From assembly GCF_006345805.1 (NCBI RefSeq), contig NC_042999.1, forward strand, positions 137,454,001-137,518,000: DNA of 64,000 bases, in the 5' to 3' direction. Under the pieces are notes generated by a model, which was not told where the DNA came from, made no database searches, and worked only from the letters and a program-made list of their open reading frames with translations. This DNA is from Octopus sinensis (Eukaryota). Positions within the stretch are counted from its first letter, which is position 1. Each line of letters begins with the position of its first letter. This document shows, piece after piece, positions 63,720 through 64,000 of the stretch. The position numbers were made by a program, and so were the translations under genes.

Positions 63720-63930
63720 CATCTTCATAGATGATCGCTTCCTTGTTGTCAATAGCATTTTTGACTTTCCAGCCACGACTTCTCCGATTACTATTCAGTC
63801 CTGTTGCAATTCTGCATAGTTTAGACTTTAGAGCATAGGTGACAGACAAAAGTTGCAACTTGCTGTGAGCTTCCAACTGGTGAGGTCTGCACATATTGCC
63901 TCCTTGCCACTGCCATAGAACTTTCAGAAG
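63720..63930 (-). mobile_element. Probable decayed LINE 3' end with C-terminal zinc-finger-like motif
   Basis: Removing a 7-bp tandem duplication (63820-63832) gives FVCHLCSKLCRIATGLNSNRRS, like the terminal C-x2-C-x3-C...H motif of some RTE ORFs. Confidence 0.4.
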
Positions 63931-64000
63931 ATGGAATAATGAATAAGATTACCATTAAGAAACATTTATATGTCACTGGATTATTGTGATAAGTGCTTGT

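Overview
Eukaryotic, very AT-rich, repeat-dense DNA. The repeat families, microsatellites and gene type resemble an Octopus/cephalopod genome (inference from recognition, no search run). There is one convincing protein-coding gene: a single-exon CDS on the minus strand (3190-4500) encoding six C2H2 zinc fingers with near-identical recognition helices. The rest is transposon and simple-repeat sequence: RTE LINE fragments, a Dong/R4 fragment inside (TAA)n, several Tc1/mariner relics, two 8-bp-TSD inverted-repeat elements, two Helitron-like elements, many tRNA-derived SINEs and long microsatellites. The most interesting unexplained signal is a dispersed set of type I hammerhead-ribozyme motifs. 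One is essentially intact (24352-24442). Several sit inside long fold-back palindromes, which fits Penelope-like pseudo-LTRs or retrozyme-like elements. CpG is depleted at about 1-30.7 kb and 57.3-64 kb but retained at about 30.7-57.3 kb, suggesting two methylated gene bodies flanking an unmethylated regulatory or intergenic domain. All alignments and RNA folds were done by eye, and ends of decayed repeats are approximate (about +/-20 bp).
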